The notes under the pieces: model-generated
Databases searched by the model: none
What the model saw: the letters and a program-made list of their open reading frames with translations, nothing else
Told to the model about the DNA's origin: nothing
Program-made: the position numbers and the translations under genes
Shown here: in pieces, positions 51,253 to 64,000 of the stretch
Layout: the number at the start of each line of letters is the position of its first letter
Position numbering within the stretch: the stretch's first letter is position 1
From: Squalus acanthias
Taxonomy: Eukaryota
Direction of reading: 5' to 3'
NCBI GenBank assembly: GCA_030390025.1
Contig: CM059432.1
Span: 146,818,001 to 146,882,000, forward strand
Length of the DNA: 64,000 bases

Positions 51253-52404
51253 ACTCATCATCCACAGCCTTTTGGGGAGAGAGTTCCAGATTTCCACTAC
51301 CCGTTGTGTGGAAAAAGTGTTTTCTGATTTTAAGATTATGCCCCTTGTTCCGGATTTCCTCACCAGAAGAAATCGAGCCGGTGAACTGCGAGGGGGGTGC
51401 GAGTGGAATTCAGGGCAGATCCTAGATTTGCTGGATTTCTGCTTCATGTGAAATCTATCCCAAATTCTGGTTAAGGGGTGAGTGGGCAAGTCCTGTGCCC
51501 ACCACCACATCTAAAGACTGCCAGGGAAGCATGTCTGGGCAAGTTCCTGGGCTACCCTGAGAATTCCACCAATTACTATCTCCATAGGCCCAGAATCAAT
51601 TACCTTTATGTCGGGATACGTCAGGTCTTGGGCTTGTGGATAGCCTTGTGTGAGTGGAGTCTCAGCCTGCCACAAACAATGCCATCATCATAAGGCAGGG
51701 AAGGGGGAGTCACAGGGCGGGGTGGGGGGGGTAGGGGGGAAGGGCCCCCCATATATCCTTTAACAGCGGTGTACGCCTGGTGAAAGCAGACATACTCTCC
51801 ACCACTTGGCAGGAGTGAGGCCCACCTGGAGGCCGCAGCTTTTGCGGCTTTCATTGCTGCCTGCTCAGGAGAGCAGGTGAAAATCTAAATCGGTGGCTCC
51901 AGGTTGATAAGGAACTTGGGCAATTTTAACTCCCTACCTCCACCGGCTGGCTAGGGTTAAAATTGGCTCCTTGTGGGGAATTGACTCGTCAATCGCGAGT
52001 TGTTCTGTCAGTTTCCAGTTGTGGAATATCTGTCACATTAACTGTTAGCTATAGCGTATGCTGAATGTAATTGTAAGGCAGATTAGATCGAAGAATACAA
52101 ATGAATTTATACTTTTAGCTATATTATTTGAAACAGAAAAATATGGAAAATCTGAAGACTGGAAGAGACCTTAACAGGACCTCTAATTTGAGCAGAATCC
52201 CACAGGAGGGTGGGACTTCTGACCCATCATTTGGCTCAGCATTGACATCAGTGGATCAGTCTCACTACTATAACTTGAGTGGGCTCCCAACAGGATTCAC
52301 GCCTGCTCACTTCTGGGAGAGTGGGGCTGAAATTCACTGTTGCAGGCCTCAGCTTCCTGCAGTACCACAGTTGCAGAAATGTAATTAATTTTTTCAAATT
52401 TCTA

Positions 52405-53015
52405 AGACATAGAAACATAGAAAAATAGGAGCAGGAGTCGGCATTCGGCCCTTCGAGCCTGCTCCGCCATTCAATATGATCATGGCTGATCCTCTATCTC
52501 AATACCATGTTCCCGCTCTCTCCCCATACCCCTTGATGCCTTTTGTGTCTAGAAATCTATCTATCTCCTTCTTAAATATATTCAGTGACTTGGCCTCCAC
52601 AGCCTTCTGTGCTAGAGAATTCCACAGGTTCACCACCCTCTGAGTGAAGAAATTTCTCCTCATCTCAGTCCTCAATGTCCTACCCCGTATCCTGAGGCAG
52701 TGACCCATCGTTCTAGACCCCCCCAGCCAGGGGAAACATCCTCCCTGCATCCAGTCTGTCTTGCCCTGTCAGAATTTTATACATTTCAATGAGATCCCCT
52801 CTCATTTTTCTAAACTCTAGTGAATACAGGCCTAGTCGACCCAATCTCTCCTCATACGACAGTCCTGCCATCCCAGGAATCAGTCTGGTGAACCTTCGCC
52901 GCACTCCCTCTATGGCAAGTATATCCTTTCTTAGGTAAGGAGACCAAAACTGCAGACAGTACTCCAGGTGTGGTCTCACCAAGGCCCTGTATAACTGTAG
53001 ACATCCTTGCTCCTG
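52405..53015 (-). mobile_element. CR1 LINE 3' fragment
   Basis: LVRPHLEYCLQFWSPYLRKD...RVVNLWNSL. Confidence 0.92.
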
Positions 53016-53849
53016 TACTCATTGTTCTCTCTGTGACCCAACGTCATGACATCACTGTACCGCACCTATACACTGGCCAAAATGTTCATTGTGAGTCAGA
53101 GAAATGGGTTTGTTGGGCCATTTTTGGAGGGCATTAAAAGCAACCATCTCATGCGAGACTGGAGCCACAGGTAGGGCTGAAAGTTTCCCTTCTGCGAAAG
53201 ACATGAGTAAATCAGTTGGGTTTTTAAGACAAAACAGCTTTCATGGTCTTTATTCCTGGAGCGAGCCCACAAAGTACTATATTTATGGAATTCAGTCTCG
53301 CCGCTTGCCATGGTGGGATTTGAACTCATGGGAGGGAATTTTAACGTGGGTGAGCACGTGGGTTTGGGTACGAGTGGCCGGGGGGTGGGGGGGGGAGGGG
53401 AGGCGAGGGTTAAGCCCTGGAAAAAAGCGAGCGCAGCAGGAAGCTGGCTCCAACCCGCCGGCTTCCGCACTTAACTCCAGCTCGTTAGGCTGTGTGCGCG
53501 CAACCCCCTCAGGAGAGGCGGGTTGTCAATTTCAATGTGCTAGTTGCTTATTTAGAGTGATATTGACATGGCTTTTGCAATCTAACTGTGGGTCCACGGG
53601 ATTCCAGGGCGTCCTCGGAACTGGCCAGCGAAAGCAAGGCGAGAACACAGCAGCAGTTGAGGCCGCTGAAGGGGCAAGACAGGGAACATGCCAATAAGTT
53701 CTAAAACCTCACAGTTGCTTTCTTGCCTGCTTGTGTGAAAGGTTTTGTTCACAGTACTTGCGCTGAGAGGTTACTTTCACAGCTTTGGAGGTGTCATCTA
53801 CACTTCGGAGGTTTGTACGTCTGATCTGCAGTTTGGAGCTCTGATCAGC

Positions 53850-55019
53850 ATGGGTGCCGCTTATGCTGTGTTACTTTGGACCTCAGATCAGACAGCAACA
53901 GCCCACTGCTCCCAAACCTGCTGCTGCATAGGGGAGAGGGGATGTGCAGAGAGGTGCAGCTCGCAGGAGGACATACCCGGCACACACAGTCTACAGACAG
54001 ACGATAAGCTCCCTCGACATGTCGGAACACCAGTGTCTCAGGAGGCTCAGGGTGTCGCGTCAGGTGGTGGCAGACACTTGCAGTCTGCTGGAACAAGACC
54101 TGCTGCCAGCTGGACCTGGTGACCAGTGGCTGTCAAAGTCACCACCGCCCTCGACTTCTTTGTCTCTGCGTCTTTCCAGGGCTCGGCTGAAGACCTTTGC
54201 AGGATCTCGCAGTCGGCGGCCCACAAATGCCGAAGACAGATGACTGATGACTTGTTTGCCAGGGCTGCCAACTGAGTACACCTTTCCTGCGATGACGCCA
54301 GTCAGAATAAGTGGGTGCTCGGGTTTGCAGCTCTGGCTGGCTTCCCACATGTGCAGGGTGTCATCGACTGCACGCATGCGGAAAGAAAGGCAGCCCCAGA
54401 TCACCCAGGACTGTTCGTCAACCGCAAGGGCTTCCACTCCATCAATGTGCAGCTGGTATGCAACCATAAAAAAGATCTTTATGCAGATTCCCGGCCAGCT
54501 GCCATGATGCTTTCATGCTGCGACAGTGCACCCTTCCTATTCGCTTCGGACCTCGAAGCAGAGTTACCGGCTGGCTGCTCGGAGACTGGGGATACCCACT
54601 TAAAACGCGGCTGATGACACCCAACCAATGAGGCCCAGGAGCGATACAATGAAAGCCATATGACAACCAGATGTGTCATTGAGCAAGCCATCGGCATGCT
54701 GAAGATGCACTTCAGGTGCCTGGATAGATCTGGAGGTACCCTTCAGTACGCACCAGCCAAGGTCGCCAGAGTGGTTGTGGTGTGCTGCGCTCTGCACAAC
54801 ATTGCGCAGCAGCGAGGTTTGGACCAGCAGGAGGAACAAGGTGCAGAGCACAGAGCCTCTTCAGATGATTCCGAGGAGGTGGAATGTGATGAGGCCAATG
54901 CACCAGCAGCGACGCTCATTGTTGCCAGGGATGCCCTCATTATTGTGAGGTTCACAAAGGTTCCACCAGTCTACCCAGCTGACAACAACATGCAAAAAGC
55001 CACTTCCTGTCCCCACTAA
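53850..55019 (+). pseudogene. Harbinger DDE transposase (HARBI1-like), frameshifted
   Basis: [69 protein letters not shown]. Confidence 0.92.
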
Positions 55020-55245
55020 CCCTTCCCCCCCGCCCCCGCCCCAATAGCACTAACACAAAGCCGTCCTGCAAACAGCCAAGCATCCCTTTCACAAACCACC
55101 ATTGCTCTGAGCCATTTATGTCTTAACATTCATGACAAGTGAAAAGGCCACTTGCCAGCCAGGCGGGAAAGTGTTGGAATCAATCTACCAATCAATCTAC
55201 CAATCTAACATTGTGTAACACACCCATGTGCAAACCCTTGGGCAA

Positions 55246-57068
55246 CTACAAATCTTTACTCTTCCTCTTCCTATCACTTCTATGTGGTGCGGTCACTGTG
55301 GTTTCAGCAGCGGGAGAGGTGGGCTGCTCAGATCCCTGCTCTGACTGCTGAGATGCTTTTGGCCGACATCCTCTGTGTTTTGGAGCCAGTGAGGGCCCCG
55401 GCAAAGGCTGCTCCACCTGCACCTTTTCTGGTGCGGACTCGGCCATCGGGACATGAGGCAGCATGTGGGTACTGACTGGGTGAGGGGGGGCCAACGGGCT
55501 AGAAGTGGAAGCACTTTGAGCCGCGTTTCCACTTCCATGTCCCCTTTCACCATCATCCCTCTCAAGGCCCAGCCGCACTTCCCTGCTAACAATGAGTTCA
55601 AGAACACTTTGCTGCTGATCAGTGGGGCGATGAACGGCCAAGGCTAGGGTATCATTTATCCCGCTTAAGGCGGTATTCATCGTGTGCAGGCCATTAGTGA
55701 AGGCCTGGTTTGATTGTCCCATTTGATGCTCCATGCAGTTGGCCACTCTATCCATGGACGAAGACATCATCACAAAGGCCTGTGACATCATGCCACTCGT
55801 GCTTGAGACGGACTCCTCCAATCTCTCTGCAAGCGTGCACAGTGCGGCAGGAACACCTGCCAGTACATCGCACATTCTCTGCTGCTGCTCCAGAAGTATC
55901 CTGTTCGTCAACGGCCCCCGAGGTTCATCATCTGCGTCCAGCTGAGCAGAGCCTGGAGTGTCCTGCGGCCTCCGACACGGACTCTCCACTGCTGTCCCCG
56001 ACTCCACCATCTGCTCCTGCTCACTTGTGATGTGTGACAAACCAGGTGTAAACACAACTAACTTCCTTACTGGTCCCACCGAAGTGTCAGTATCTGAGCT
56101 GGTGCATGGTCTGCAGGAGTCCTGTGACAGTGCCCTCTCAGAGGGAGTGACCTTCTCTGAGGAGCCGTCGTCATCCTCCTGGACCACCTCCTGCGGGACG
56201 CTTGAAGACCCTGTGGGAGATTAAAGACTTGAATTAGAACTGTCACGGTAAGAATGCTTTAAATGATCATTATGCTCATGATCGTATTTCACTCGCTGCT
56301 GACATCCAGTCAACATGAGTGAGTGTTGTGTGACATGTGGCTGTCTGATATTTAATTTTGTCACCAGATAGTTGGGAGGCCCCCATCTCCCCACCTCCGA
56401 TGGCCAGTCATGCTGAGTCTCCATTGATCTCCAGCGCCGCCTCCTCTGCAGCTGTCAGTTGCGAGATGGCTGGAGGATCACCTCCGATTCTCTATCTCTC
56501 CCTCGTGTTCTGTGCTCTCTGCTCTTGCAAGGAGGGAAAGAAGAGACCTATAAGTGAGAGTAATGGCATGTGTTGAACGGATGGCTGGAGAGCATTTGTT
56601 GAAGGTGACTATGAGGGAGAGGCATGACATTGTATAAGGGGGAGAGTGAGTGTCAGTGGTGGATGGACAGATGGGATGTGAGCAAGTGCATAGACAGAGA
56701 GGGATGGGTGTACCAGCAAGGTAAGTTGGTGTGAGGAGTGATGTGCTGGTGTAGGCTTGAGAAGGCAGAGTGGTGGGGGTTAGGGTGATGCACACATCAG
56801 GATGTCGGTGAATGTGCCATTGTACTCACCTTTCCTGCCCTGCTTAGGTCATTAAACTGCCTTTGGCATTGAATCCACGAGTGTGGCACCACACTCCTGC
56901 TGCTCACCTCATGAGCAACCATCAGACACACCTTCTTTGTTTCACCTGCAGGCTTCTTCCTCCCATCAGTAGGGGAGACAATCTCCTGTGGGCCCTTACA
57001 GCCCCCAGCAGCAGATCCAGGGAAGCGTCATTAAAACGAGGCGCAGCCTTTGAATGTCTGGACTCCAT
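55246..57068 (-). pseudogene. Harbinger Myb/SANT-like accessory gene, three exons (~57068-56830, ~56524-56363, 56210-55246)
   Basis: MESRHSKAAPRFNDASLDLLLGAV...QFNDLSRAGK followed by gtgagt; acceptor tctcccacag at 56211; last exon open for 313 aa. Confidence 0.8.
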
Positions 57069-57303
57069 TCTGCCAATTCCTTCCGTTGTGCTCCCAGCTC
57101 CAAACTCCTTTAAATATGCATGTTTGGAGGGTGCCTTTAAATACTGGAGTTGAAATCGACTCACGCGGGTCGTCATTACGCTAATTGGCTGGGAAACCCG
57201 TAAATGATATGGTAATACAGTGGCTGGGTTAAACAGCCACTGACGGGCACGCTGCACTTACTTCCAGGCTTCTCGTGCGATACCGGATGCCCTCGGACCC
57301 AGC

Positions 57304-58547
57304 GGGCTGGATTTTCAATGACCCGTGGAGTCGGGTTTGGAGGCGTGTGGGGGGTTAAAGTTACAGATTCGGGGGTCCCGACCCCATCCCACCTCCACGC
57401 AATTTTGACAAAATCGGTCGCGGGGTTCCCGACTCCGTCCCGCCTCCAAGTGGCGGGAGAGGCCATTAAAGCCCTTAACCAGCCCTTAATTGGCTCTGTA
57501 ATGCCATTTTGAAACGTTTTAGCTCGTTTAACCCTTTTCCGACGTGAAGTACGCCTGATGTGAAACACGCCAGTGAAACCTGGCGGGAGCACAAGTGGAT
57601 AGCTGACTATCAGCGACAGGTCCACTATTACAACGGAGATGTGATGAAGGTAGTAGTAGTATTAGGTCTGAAAGTCGCCTCTGATGCTGCTGCATTGAAT
57701 GTCTTCAGAGACTGCCTGGGAGGACTTGGTTGCAAAAAAAATTCTCTTCTCTCTCCCTCTCTCTTCCTCCCCCCCTCTCTTCCTCCCCCCCTCTCTTCCT
57801 CCCCCCCTCTCTTCCTCCCCCCCTCTCTTCCTCCCCCCCTCTCTTCCTCCCCCCCTCTCTTCCTCCCCCCCTCTCTTCCTCCCCCCCCTCTCTTCCTCCC
57901 CCCCCTCTCTTCCTCCCCCCCTCTCTTCCTCCCCCCCTCTCTTCCTCCCCCCCTCTCTTCCTCCCCCCCTCTCTTCCTCCCCCCCTCTCTTCCCTTCCTC
58001 CCCCCCTCTCTTCCTCCCCCCCTCTCTTCCTCCCCCCCTCTCTTCCTCCCCCCCTCTCTTCCTCCCCCCCTCTCTTCCTCCCCCCCTCTCTTCCTCCCCC
58101 CCTCTCTTCCTCCCCCCCTCTCTTCCTCCCCCCCTCTCTTCCTCCCCCCTCTCTTCCTCCCCCCCTGTCTCTTCCCCCCCCCTCTCTTCCCCCCTCTCTC
58201 TCTCTCTCCCCCCCCTCTCTCTCTCTCTCCCCCCCTCTCTCTCTCCCCCCTCTCTCTCTCTCCCCCTCTCTCTCTCTGAGATGCTGCTCATTTTGCATCC
58301 AGGTCCTCTCACAGCAAAGGCCAGGCAATCTCTGAGACCAGGCAGTCTCTGACCTGAAATGATGACATTATCAGAGGCGACTTTCAGACTGAAACCACTA
58401 ATTGGTTCATGGGTTCCCACATGCTGGAACTCAATTACCCAATTAGGTGAAAATTGCATCAATCTCCCACATCCAATTTCAGGCGGGTGGATAACACGAA
58501 ATGTGGATGACACGACCCCAACCCGCCCCAGTATCAAAATCCAGCCC
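57304..58547. mobile_element. Harbinger-type MITE, family A variant with an expanded minisatellite
   Basis: TIR GGGCTGGATTTT...AAAATCCAGCCC, TSD AGC/AGC. Confidence 0.88.
57745..58277. repeat. Polypyrimidine minisatellite (~17-18 bp unit tctcttcctccccccc) grading into (CT)n
   Basis: Direct inspection; almost no purines on the plus strand over ~530 bp. Confidence 0.95.
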
Positions 58548-59886
58548 AGCGTGTTGCAATGTTGAAATCCAGCGCCTGATCTCTGGATTATTAGTCCAGC
58601 ATCGTAACCACTGCACTATTGAATGAGAGAAACTGGAGAGCTGTGCTACAAAAGGTGCTATTACAGTGTAGCTGAAATCTCGGGAGTGGGAGCGAACTGA
58701 GCCGCCCTCCCTCATTTACACCTTTTTACTGTACAGCTGGCCCTTCTGTAAACCGGTTGCACTGTGGGATCCTGCCATTCCCTCCTTGCACTGACTGACC
58801 ATGACATTTTGGCCAGTGTGCATGTGCAGTGATAACTTTCATCGACTCGTGCGACCCATAACGGGGGCCAGCGCCCCAAGACCTGTATAAAAGCAGCTCA
58901 TTGTAGAGCTTACAATTGACTACTAGTTGTAAAAACTCAGTGGCCTAATTCTCCACTTCACTTGCCAATTCACAGATTAAGCAGCTGCTTATGAGTAAAC
59001 TATCAGGTTTTTTTTAATGTAAACAAGGAATGGAAGCTATTTGACCATCCAGCTCCACTCTGATGAGTTTTTATTTCTAGACTTTGGCTCCGATGGACTC
59101 GTTAATTTCCATCCAAAGCTGACCCTGTAATCCCCTGTCAGAACACCCCGTATCTGCTGCATTGTCTCTGCTTGGGATAGTTTCCCACTTTTGTCGACGG
59201 CCTTTTCCTGTAGACGATAGGGTCAATGTTGAGCAGCTTTGCCGGGACGAGCACAGACCAGAAGTCAGAGTGCAGAGGTCAGAGTGCCTGACTTGCCTCA
59301 CTCCCAGTTTCCTGGAGGTTAATTTTAATGAATCTGAAATCCACTGACCAAAGCCCTGCAAAAATGTAATGTTGGATCATTTTACCCCATGTCATTGGAG
59401 TGAAATGCATGTATATTTTCCTGTAAGATGTAACTGAGAATAAATTAAGTAAAACATGAAAATAATAAATGTGCGTATGTCATAAAAGGAAATATACAAG
59501 ACAATTGCTATGGAAACACAGATAAAATAGTATAGCGCTTTGAGACGTCCTGAGGTCGTGAAAGGCGCAAATTAAATTATTTTCTTTATGACTTGTATAT
59601 TCTCAACAAAAATCATTTTTAATACAAAAAGTCAGTTAATTTTATTTCAGTAATGCGGTCAATTACATGTTGGCCTTTCACGCTCTCTCGGGCTTGGATT
59701 GAAATCCATCCCCAACTTCTGTGTACTGGCTCGATAGGTCTTTCAAAATTGGAGTTTCAGTTACCTTAACGTAGAAATTTACAGCACAGAAGCAGGCCAG
59801 TTGGCCCATTGCATCTGTTCCACCTCGCTGAAAGAGAGATTCATTTATACCAAATTGCCATTCATTAAAATTATTTTAAAAGCTAT

Positions 59887-62800
59887 TGGATAGAGTTTCT
59901 GCTTTGGGCTGCGATCGGCGATTCTGGTGCAAATTGCGCCCATAATTGCATCTGTTTTGAAAAATGTTTATTTCCCCCCCCACCCCAAGTTTCCGCTCGA
60001 ACTCATTTGCACATTGCCGAATACAAAACCCGCTGTGAACCAGTGCAGTCGGGCACTGATGTATTTAAGACTGGTATCTTGGTAAAGTTTGATTAACACA
60101 GCTGAAAATGGGTTTATCACAAAAAATAATCATTTTAAATCAGAGTGTCAATCCACTGCCTGTGAGTTACCTGATTTTAAATTACTGACTTTTAAAAGAA
60201 TATACAAAACTATTTTCTCGTCAGATTGGGGTACAGTAGTGAGTTCCTTTGTAAATTTTAAAAAAGTCTATAGGCCTCCGAACAGTTGCAACTCTATTGG
60301 ACGGAGTATCAATCAGGAAATAGTTGAGGCATGTAATAAGGGAACATCTATAATTATGGGGGATTTTAACTATCATATTAATTGGACAAATCAAATGGGG
60401 CAGGGCTGCCTTGAGGATGAGTTCATTGAGTGTATTAGGGATGGGTTTCTTGAGCAGTATGTAACTGAACCGACCAGGGGGCAAGCAACCTTAGATCTGG
60501 TCCTGTGTAACGAGACAGGATTAATTAAAAATGTCCTAGTAAAGGATCCCCTTGGAATGAGTGACCATAACATGGTTGAATTCCATATTCAATTAGAGGG
60601 TGAGAAGGTTGGATCTCAAACAAGCGTGCTAAGCTTGAATAAAGGAGACTATGAAGGTATGCGAGCGGAATTGAGTAGAGTGGATTGGGAAAATAGATTA
60701 AAGGGTAAGACGACACATGATCAGTGGTGTACATTCAAGGAGTTATTTTACAACTTCCAAAAAAAATATATTCCACTGAAAAGAAAAGGGTGTAAAAGAA
60801 AGGACAGTCATCCGTGGCTAAGTAAAGAAATTAAGGATAGTATTCGACTAAAAACAAGGGCATATAAGGTAGCGAAATCTAGTGGGAGGACAGAGGATTG
60901 GGAAAACTTTAAAAGGCAGCAAAAAATAACAAAAAGATTGATTAAGAAAGGGAAGATAGATTATGAAAGTAAATTAGCAAAAATATAAAAACAGATAGTA
61001 AGAGTTTTTATAGTTATATAAAAAGAAAAAGGGTGGCTAAAGTAAATGTTGGTCCCTTAGAGGATGAGACCGGGAAATTAATGGTGGGAAATATGGAGAT
61101 GGCAAAAACACTGAATGAATATTTTGTATCAGTCTTTACAGTAGAGGACACTAAGAATATCCCAACACTGGACAAACAGGGGGCTATAGGGGGAGAGGAG
61201 CTAAACACGATCAAAATCACTAAGGAAGTGGTACTCGGTAAAATAATGGGACTCAAGGCGGATAAATCACCTGGACCTGATGGCTTACATCCTAGAGTCT
61301 TGAAGGAAGTGGCGGTAGGGATTGTAGATGCATTGGTAATAATTTTTCAAAACTCCCTGGATTCCGCTAAGGTCCCGGCAGACTGGAAAACTGCTAATGT
61401 AACACCCTTATTTAAAAAGGGCAGTAGACAGAAGGCTGGTAACTATAGACCGGTTAGCCTAACATCTGTGGTAGGTAAAATTTTGGAGTCCATTATTAAG
61501 GAAACAGTAACAGGACATTTGGATAATCATAATTTAATAGGACAAAGTCAGCATGGTTTTACGAAGGGGAAGTCATGTTTGACAAATTTGCTGGAGTTCT
61601 TTGAGGAAGTAACATATAGAGTGGATAAAGGGGAACCAGTGGACGTAGTGTATTTAGACTTCCAAAAGGCATTTGACAAGGTGCCACACAAAAGATTATT
61701 GCTTAAGGTAAAAAATCACGGGATTGGGGGTAATATTCTGGCATGGATAGAGGATTGGCTATCTAACAGAAAGCAAAGAGTTGGGATAAATGGTTCATTC
61801 TCAGACTGGCAATCAGTAACTAGTGGTGTTCCACAGGGGTCAGTGCTGGGTCCCCAACTCTTCACAATCTATATTAACGATTTGGAGGAAGGGACCAAGT
61901 GTAACATATCAAAATTTGCAGATGATACAAAGATGGGAGGGAAAGTAGTGAGTGAGGAGGACATAAAAAACCTGCAAGGGGACATAGACAGGCTAAGTAA
62001 GTGGGCAGAGATTTGGCAGATGGAATACAACACTGGAAAGTGTGAGGTGATGCACTTTGGCAGGAAAAATCCTAGAGCAATTTATTATCTTAATGGCAAG
62101 AAACTGGAGAGTACTGAAGTGCAAAGGGATCTGGGGGTACTGGTGCACGAAACTCAAAAGGTTAGTATGCAGGTGCAGCAAGTGATTAAGAAGGCAAATG
62201 GAATGTTGGCTTTCATTGCTAGGGGGATAGAATATAAAAATAGGGAGGTATTGCTTCAGTTGTACAAGGTATTGGTGAGACCGCACCTGGAATACTGCAT
62301 ACAGTTTTGGTGTCCTTACTTAAGGAAAGACATCCTTGCTCTCGAGGCAGTGCAAAAAAGGTTCACTCGGTTAATCCCGGGGATGAGGGGGTGGTCATAT
62401 GAGGAGAGGTTGGGTAGATTGGGACTCTACTCATTGGAGTTCAGAAGAATGAGAGGCGATCTTATTGAAACATATAAGATTGTGAAGGGGTTGGATCGGG
62501 TGGATGCGGGGAGGATGTTCCCGATGACGGGTGAGACGAGAACTAGGGGACATAGTCTTAGAATAAGGGGCTGCTCTTTCAAAACTGAGATGAGGAGGAA
62601 CTACTTCACTCAGAGGGTGGTAGGTCCATGGAATATGCTGCCACAAAAAGCTGTAGAAGCTACAACATTAATTAAATTTAAAACAGAAATAGACAGTTTC
62701 CTAGAAGTAAAGGGCATTAAGGGTTACGGGGAGCGGGCAGGAATTTGGACATGAGTCTAGGTTAGATCATTCAAACCCTTTCAAAAAGTCCCTCTTCGTG

Positions 62801-63090
62801 TCCCTGTGCCCAAAGGATCCAGCTTAATTTCTGGAGCCTCCTCGAAGGCCTGCAAACAAGTGCAATTAGTGGAATCTTCCAATGGTGATTAATACATCCT
62901 GGGGGTATAGTCAGTTTTGTGGGCGGGACCTGCTTCTAGCGCGATGTTTTTTAAAACTAGCGCAAAAGATCGTGGAATTTGAGTTGCGCTGAACACAATT
63001 TGCGCTTAAAATTCTTTTATGTCGGTTATGCCGATATCGGGGTAATTGCACCGAAAAAACCAGTGCAATCAAGTGGAAACTCCAGACCTA
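59887..63090. mobile_element. Family C TIR element split by a young CR1
   Basis: 59887-60220 matches 12820-13170; 62830-63090 matches 13475-13524 plus 14177-14393. Confidence 0.75.
60267..62768 (+). mobile_element. Young 5'-truncated CR1 LINE, ORF2 nearly intact
   Basis: VYRPP, MGDFN, SDHN, then a 573-aa open RT ([38 protein letters not shown]); one frameshift near 60985. Confidence 0.95.
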
Positions 63091-63114
63091 GAGCTATTAT
63101 GTTTAGCTATTTTG

Positions 63115-63956
63115 TCATCAAAATTAAAGTCCATAGGATTAAAGGGACAGTGGCAGTGTGGATACGAAATTCGCTAAGGAACAGAAAGCAGAGAGTTGTG
63201 GTGAACGGTTGTTTTTCAGACTGGAGGGAGGTATAGTGTGGAGGACGAATTCATCGAATGTATGCAAGATAGTTTTCTAGATCAGTATGTTGAAGAACCA
63301 ACTAGGGAACAGGCTATTCTAGATCTAGTATTGTGCAACGAGAAAGGGTTAATTAATAACCTTGTAGTAAAGGGGCCTTTAGGGAAGAGTGACCATAATA
63401 TGATAGAATTTTATATTGAGTTTGAAAGTGATTCAGTTAAATCTGAAACTAGGGTCTTAAATCTAAACAAAGCAAATTATGTAGGTATGAGGGGTGAGTT
63501 GGCTAAGGTAGATTGGGAAACTACATTAAAAGGTATGACACTGGATGAGCAATGGCTAGCATTTAAAGAATTAATACATAATTTACAACAAATATACATT
63601 CCTTTAAAGCACAAAAACCCCACAGGAAAAGTGGTCTAACCTTAGCTAACGAGAAGTTAAAGATAGTATTAGATCAAAGGAAAAGGCTTATAATGTTGCC
63701 AAAAAGAATAGGAGGATGTTGCCTGAGAATTAGGAGGATTTTAGAATTCAGCAAAGGAGGAACAAAAAATTGATAAAGAAAGGGAAAATAGAATATGAGA
63801 GTAAACTAGCGAGAGACATAGAAACAGACTGTAAAAGCTTCTATAGGAATGTAAAAGGGAAAAGATTAGCGAGTAAATGTGGGTCCCTTACAGGCTGAGA
63901 CAGGAGAAATTATAATGGGGAATAAGGAAATGGCTGAGAAATTAAACAAATACTTC
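63115..63956 (+). mobile_element. CR1 ORF2 fragments; another GGCC-starting TIR element probably begins at ~63957
   Basis: FLDQYVEEPTREQAILDLVL, LGKSDHNMIEF; closely similar to 33700-34620. Confidence 0.88.
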
Positions 63957-64000
63957 GGCCTGCAAATTTGCTGGAGCTCAGAGGGCGGGTTTGGAGGCAG

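Larger units (their letters stand above)
53331..58575. mobile_element. Complete two-gene PIF/Harbinger transposon (decayed), inserted in a family-A SINE head
   Basis: Degenerate TIRs GGAGGGAATTTTAAC / GTTGAAATCCAGCGC, flanks ATG/CTG; the SINE resumes on both sides; convergent transposase and Myb/SANT genes. Confidence 0.85.

Noticed and set aside
53850..55019. Host HARBI1 gene
   Set aside because: Frameshifted, bounded by TIRs and paired with a Myb/SANT gene, so it is a transposon copy.
57560..58537. Long Pro/Ser/Leu-rich and Gly/Glu/Arg-rich ORFs
   Set aside because: Artefacts of the stop-free polypyrimidine minisatellite.

Overview
Eukaryotic, not prokaryotic, DNA. It is very probably a cartilaginous fish (shark), because it carries an HE1-type V-SINE, SacSINE1-like DeuSINEs and elasmobranch-type CR1s; the species cannot be determined. 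The window is an intergenic or intronic region made mostly of nested transposable elements. These include many CR1 LINEs (one near full length, one young), a full-length decayed Tx1-clade LINE inserted in the A-box of a SINE tRNA head, and RTE, L2 and Vingi-like fragments. There are Penelope-derived palindromes carrying hammerhead-ribozyme cores, a pogo-type MITE, and a dense PIF/Harbinger population: one two-gene element, Myb/SANT-only derivatives and several MITE families with 3-bp TSDs. No host protein-coding gene could be identified; a few unique islands are only weak exon or enhancer candidates. No CRISPR, rRNA or true tRNA genes were seen. Family names come from recognising motifs, not from database searches, and some boundaries are approximate.
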